A DNA stretch of 36,676 nt from an uncultured bacterium (lineage in GTDB: Bacteria > Cyanobacteriota > Vampirovibrionia > Gastranaerophilales > Gastranaerophilaceae). Within the stretch, counting starts at the first letter, position 1. Each line of letters begins with the position of its first letter. Of this stretch, positions 35,580 through 36,676 are shown piece after piece. The stretch covers positions 1 to 36,676 of the forward strand of contig USCK01000001.1 of the NCBI GenBank assembly GCA_900553205.1, written 5' to 3'. A program made the position numbers and the translations under genes. The notes below the pieces were generated by a model that was not told the origin of the DNA, did no database searches, and saw only the letters and a program-made list of their open reading frames with translations.

Positions 35580-36416
35580 ATGTATGATTCGTTCACAACG
35601 GCGATAAACACTCAGAGAGCAACTACCCACTGGATGGAAACATTAACCGATAACATGATGAACCAATATACTCCGGGGTTTAGAGAGAGTAAAATAACCT
35701 TCAGTACATTCCTAGGTGGTGCTGTTGTTGATAATCCTGTTAAAAACCAAGGGCAAGGTAAATCAACTCCGGGGACTTCAAACGAAAATGTGTTCTTTGA
35801 AGGTAGTGGGTTCTTTGTTACCAGAAACAGCGAAGGTAAAACTGCTTACACTCGTCTTGGAGAGTTTACATTTGATTCCGAAGGTGTATATAGAGCCAAA
35901 AACGGTGATGCTGTTCAGGGCTATATCCTAAATGATAACGGCGAAATTATGGCAGGCACTAAATCAATTAGTGCTGATTTATACGAAGAAACTGCTCTGA
36001 AAGGTGGGGCGCTTAGTATCCCTACAACAAATATCAAAATGTGGATTGATCCTAACAACGGTAAATTCATGGGCAAATATGACGAATATGAAATAAAAGA
36101 AGACGGCACAATATACGGTAAAGCTGACGGTGGCAAACGCTCTGTGCCTCTATACAAAATTGCAACTGCTAACTTCCATAACCCTAGTGGGTTGTATGAG
36201 GTTAAAGAAGGCGTGTTTGTTGAAACAGAGGATTCAGGGAAACCTGTTATCGGTCGTGGTTCTATCCGTTCAGGGTTGTTAGAACAAGCAAATACCGACT
36301 TCAAAGGTAATATGACAAACTATCAACAAGCAAAAGTCCAAATGGAACTTGTTAATGCGTTGATTAAGTCTAACAAAGAACTATTAGAAGAAGCGATGAG
36401 ATTAGTAAGTTCATAA
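35580..36416 (+). CDS. flgE: Flagellar hook/rod protein, FlgE/FlgF/FlgG family
   Basis: N-terminal rod motif '...MNQYTPGFRE', 'GSGFFVTRNSEGKTAYTRLGEFTFDSEGVYRAKNGDAVQGY', 'ANFHNPSGLYEVKEGVFVETEDSG' and C-terminal 'LLEQANTDF'. AAGGAGAG RBS is present. The position after fliK suggests the hook protein, but 278 aa is short for FlgE. Confidence 0.75.
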   Translation: MYDSFTTAINTQRATTHWMETLTDNMMNQYTPGFRESKITFSTFLGGAVVDNPVKNQGQGKSTPGTSNENVFFEGSGFFVTRNSEGKTAYTRLGEFTFDSEGVYRAKNGDAVQGYILNDNGEIMAGTKSISADLYEETALKGGALSIPTTNIKMWIDPNNGKFMGKYDEYEIKEDGTIYGKADGGKRSVPLYKIATANFHNPSGLYEVKEGVFVETEDSGKPVIGRGSIRSGLLEQANTDFKGNMTNYQQAKVQMELVNALIKSNKELLEEAMRLVSS

Positions 36417-36460
36417 TACTAATTGAAAAAGGTTATTAGTGTTAGTTAAACTCCATTTTA

Positions 36461-36489
36461 AGGTAGCAGGATTTCTGTTGCCTTTTTAT
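36461..36489 (+). terminator. Intrinsic terminator after flgE-family gene
   Basis: aaggtagcag-gattt-ctgttgcctt (two G-U pairs) followed by TTTT. Confidence 0.6.
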
Positions 36490-36490
36490 T

Positions 36491-36624
36491 TTGTTTTTTA
36501 TCAGGTTACGGTGGAAGTCCGGTTTGGTTTGAGTGACGAGTTTTATTTGTTATTACTAATCCTCACCACCAAACCATTCTGTTCACTTTGTTTTTTATCA
36601 GGTTACGGCGAAAGTCCGGTTTGA
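36491..36624. repeat. Two 37-nt direct repeats, 97 bp apart
   Basis: tttgttttttatcaggttacggTgGaagtccggtttg (36491-36527) and tttgttttttatcaggttacggCgAaagtccggtttg (36588-36624), 35/37 identical. Confidence 0.7.
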
Positions 36625-36635
36625 CTTCCAATGCG

Positions 36636-36676
36636 TCATTCAGAGGCTTTAGCCTTAAAAGTTAATAAGAGTTAAG
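36636..36676 (+). repeat. Start of another GTCATTCAGAG element plus 8-nt array, truncated by window end
   Basis: gtcattcagaggctttagcc then ttaaaagt taataaga gttaag. Confidence 0.5.

Noticed and set aside
36491-36624. Possible CRISPR array (two 37-nt direct repeats)
   Set aside because: Only two copies are visible. The 60-nt spacer is long for CRISPR and partly complementary to the repeat. The repeats start with a T-rich run and adjoin a dispersed repeat element, and no cas genes are in the window. The window ends here, so this cannot be excluded completely.
36508-36625. RNase P RNA CR-I-like 'GAAAGTCCGG'
   Set aside because: The motif occurs twice as part of the direct repeat. None of the other conserved RNase P blocks (e.g. 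ACAGAAxCCGGCUUA) are present nearby.

Overview
This is an AT-rich chromosomal segment that is mostly housekeeping. Recognised genes are rpsT, tsaE-tsaB, ispH-rpsA, gltA-like, rlmH, trpB, rpmE, thyX, rqcH and fusA, plus a Ski2-like helicase and a GH77-like glucanotransferase. Skp/OmpH and the flagellar genes fliK and flgE/G-family imply a diderm, flagellated bacterium. I cannot assign a lineage from sequence alone. A non-photosynthetic cyanobacterial relative (Melainabacteria-like) is only a guess, based on the EF-G N-terminus and the overall gene mix.

Four things stand out against this background:
- **Uncharacterised co-directional cluster (24785-29296).** A 762-aa protein and a 113-aa protein share both their N- and C-terminal helical segments. 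That is the flagellin design (conserved ends, variable middle) without flagellin motifs. They sit with a Gly/Ser-rich glycine-zipper-like protein whose frame is broken and a small basic coiled-coil protein. This is my best candidate for an undescribed system.
- **Candidate type I toxin-antitoxin (23953-24232).** A 26-aa hydrophobic ORF with a strong Shine-Dalgarno converges on a promoter-plus-terminator small RNA that overlaps its 3' end. It lies in the 985-bp gap upstream of the cluster.
- **Dispersed intergenic repeat family.** The core is GTCATTCAGAG...CTCAAGATGAC, a long hairpin flanked by 8-nt-periodic TTAAGNNA-type arrays, with at least six copies or half-copies.
- **A hipBA module.** It has three TTTTACC-N4-GGTAAAA operators bracketing a TTGCAA-17-TATAAT promoter.

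Smaller observations:
- an orphan trpB cotranscribed with a TrpR/YerC-like gene behind a perfect palindrome
- a membrane protein with a degenerate class III cyclase domain
- a sigma-28-type promoter in front of a frameshifted fliK

All homology calls are by-eye motif recognition. No searches were run.
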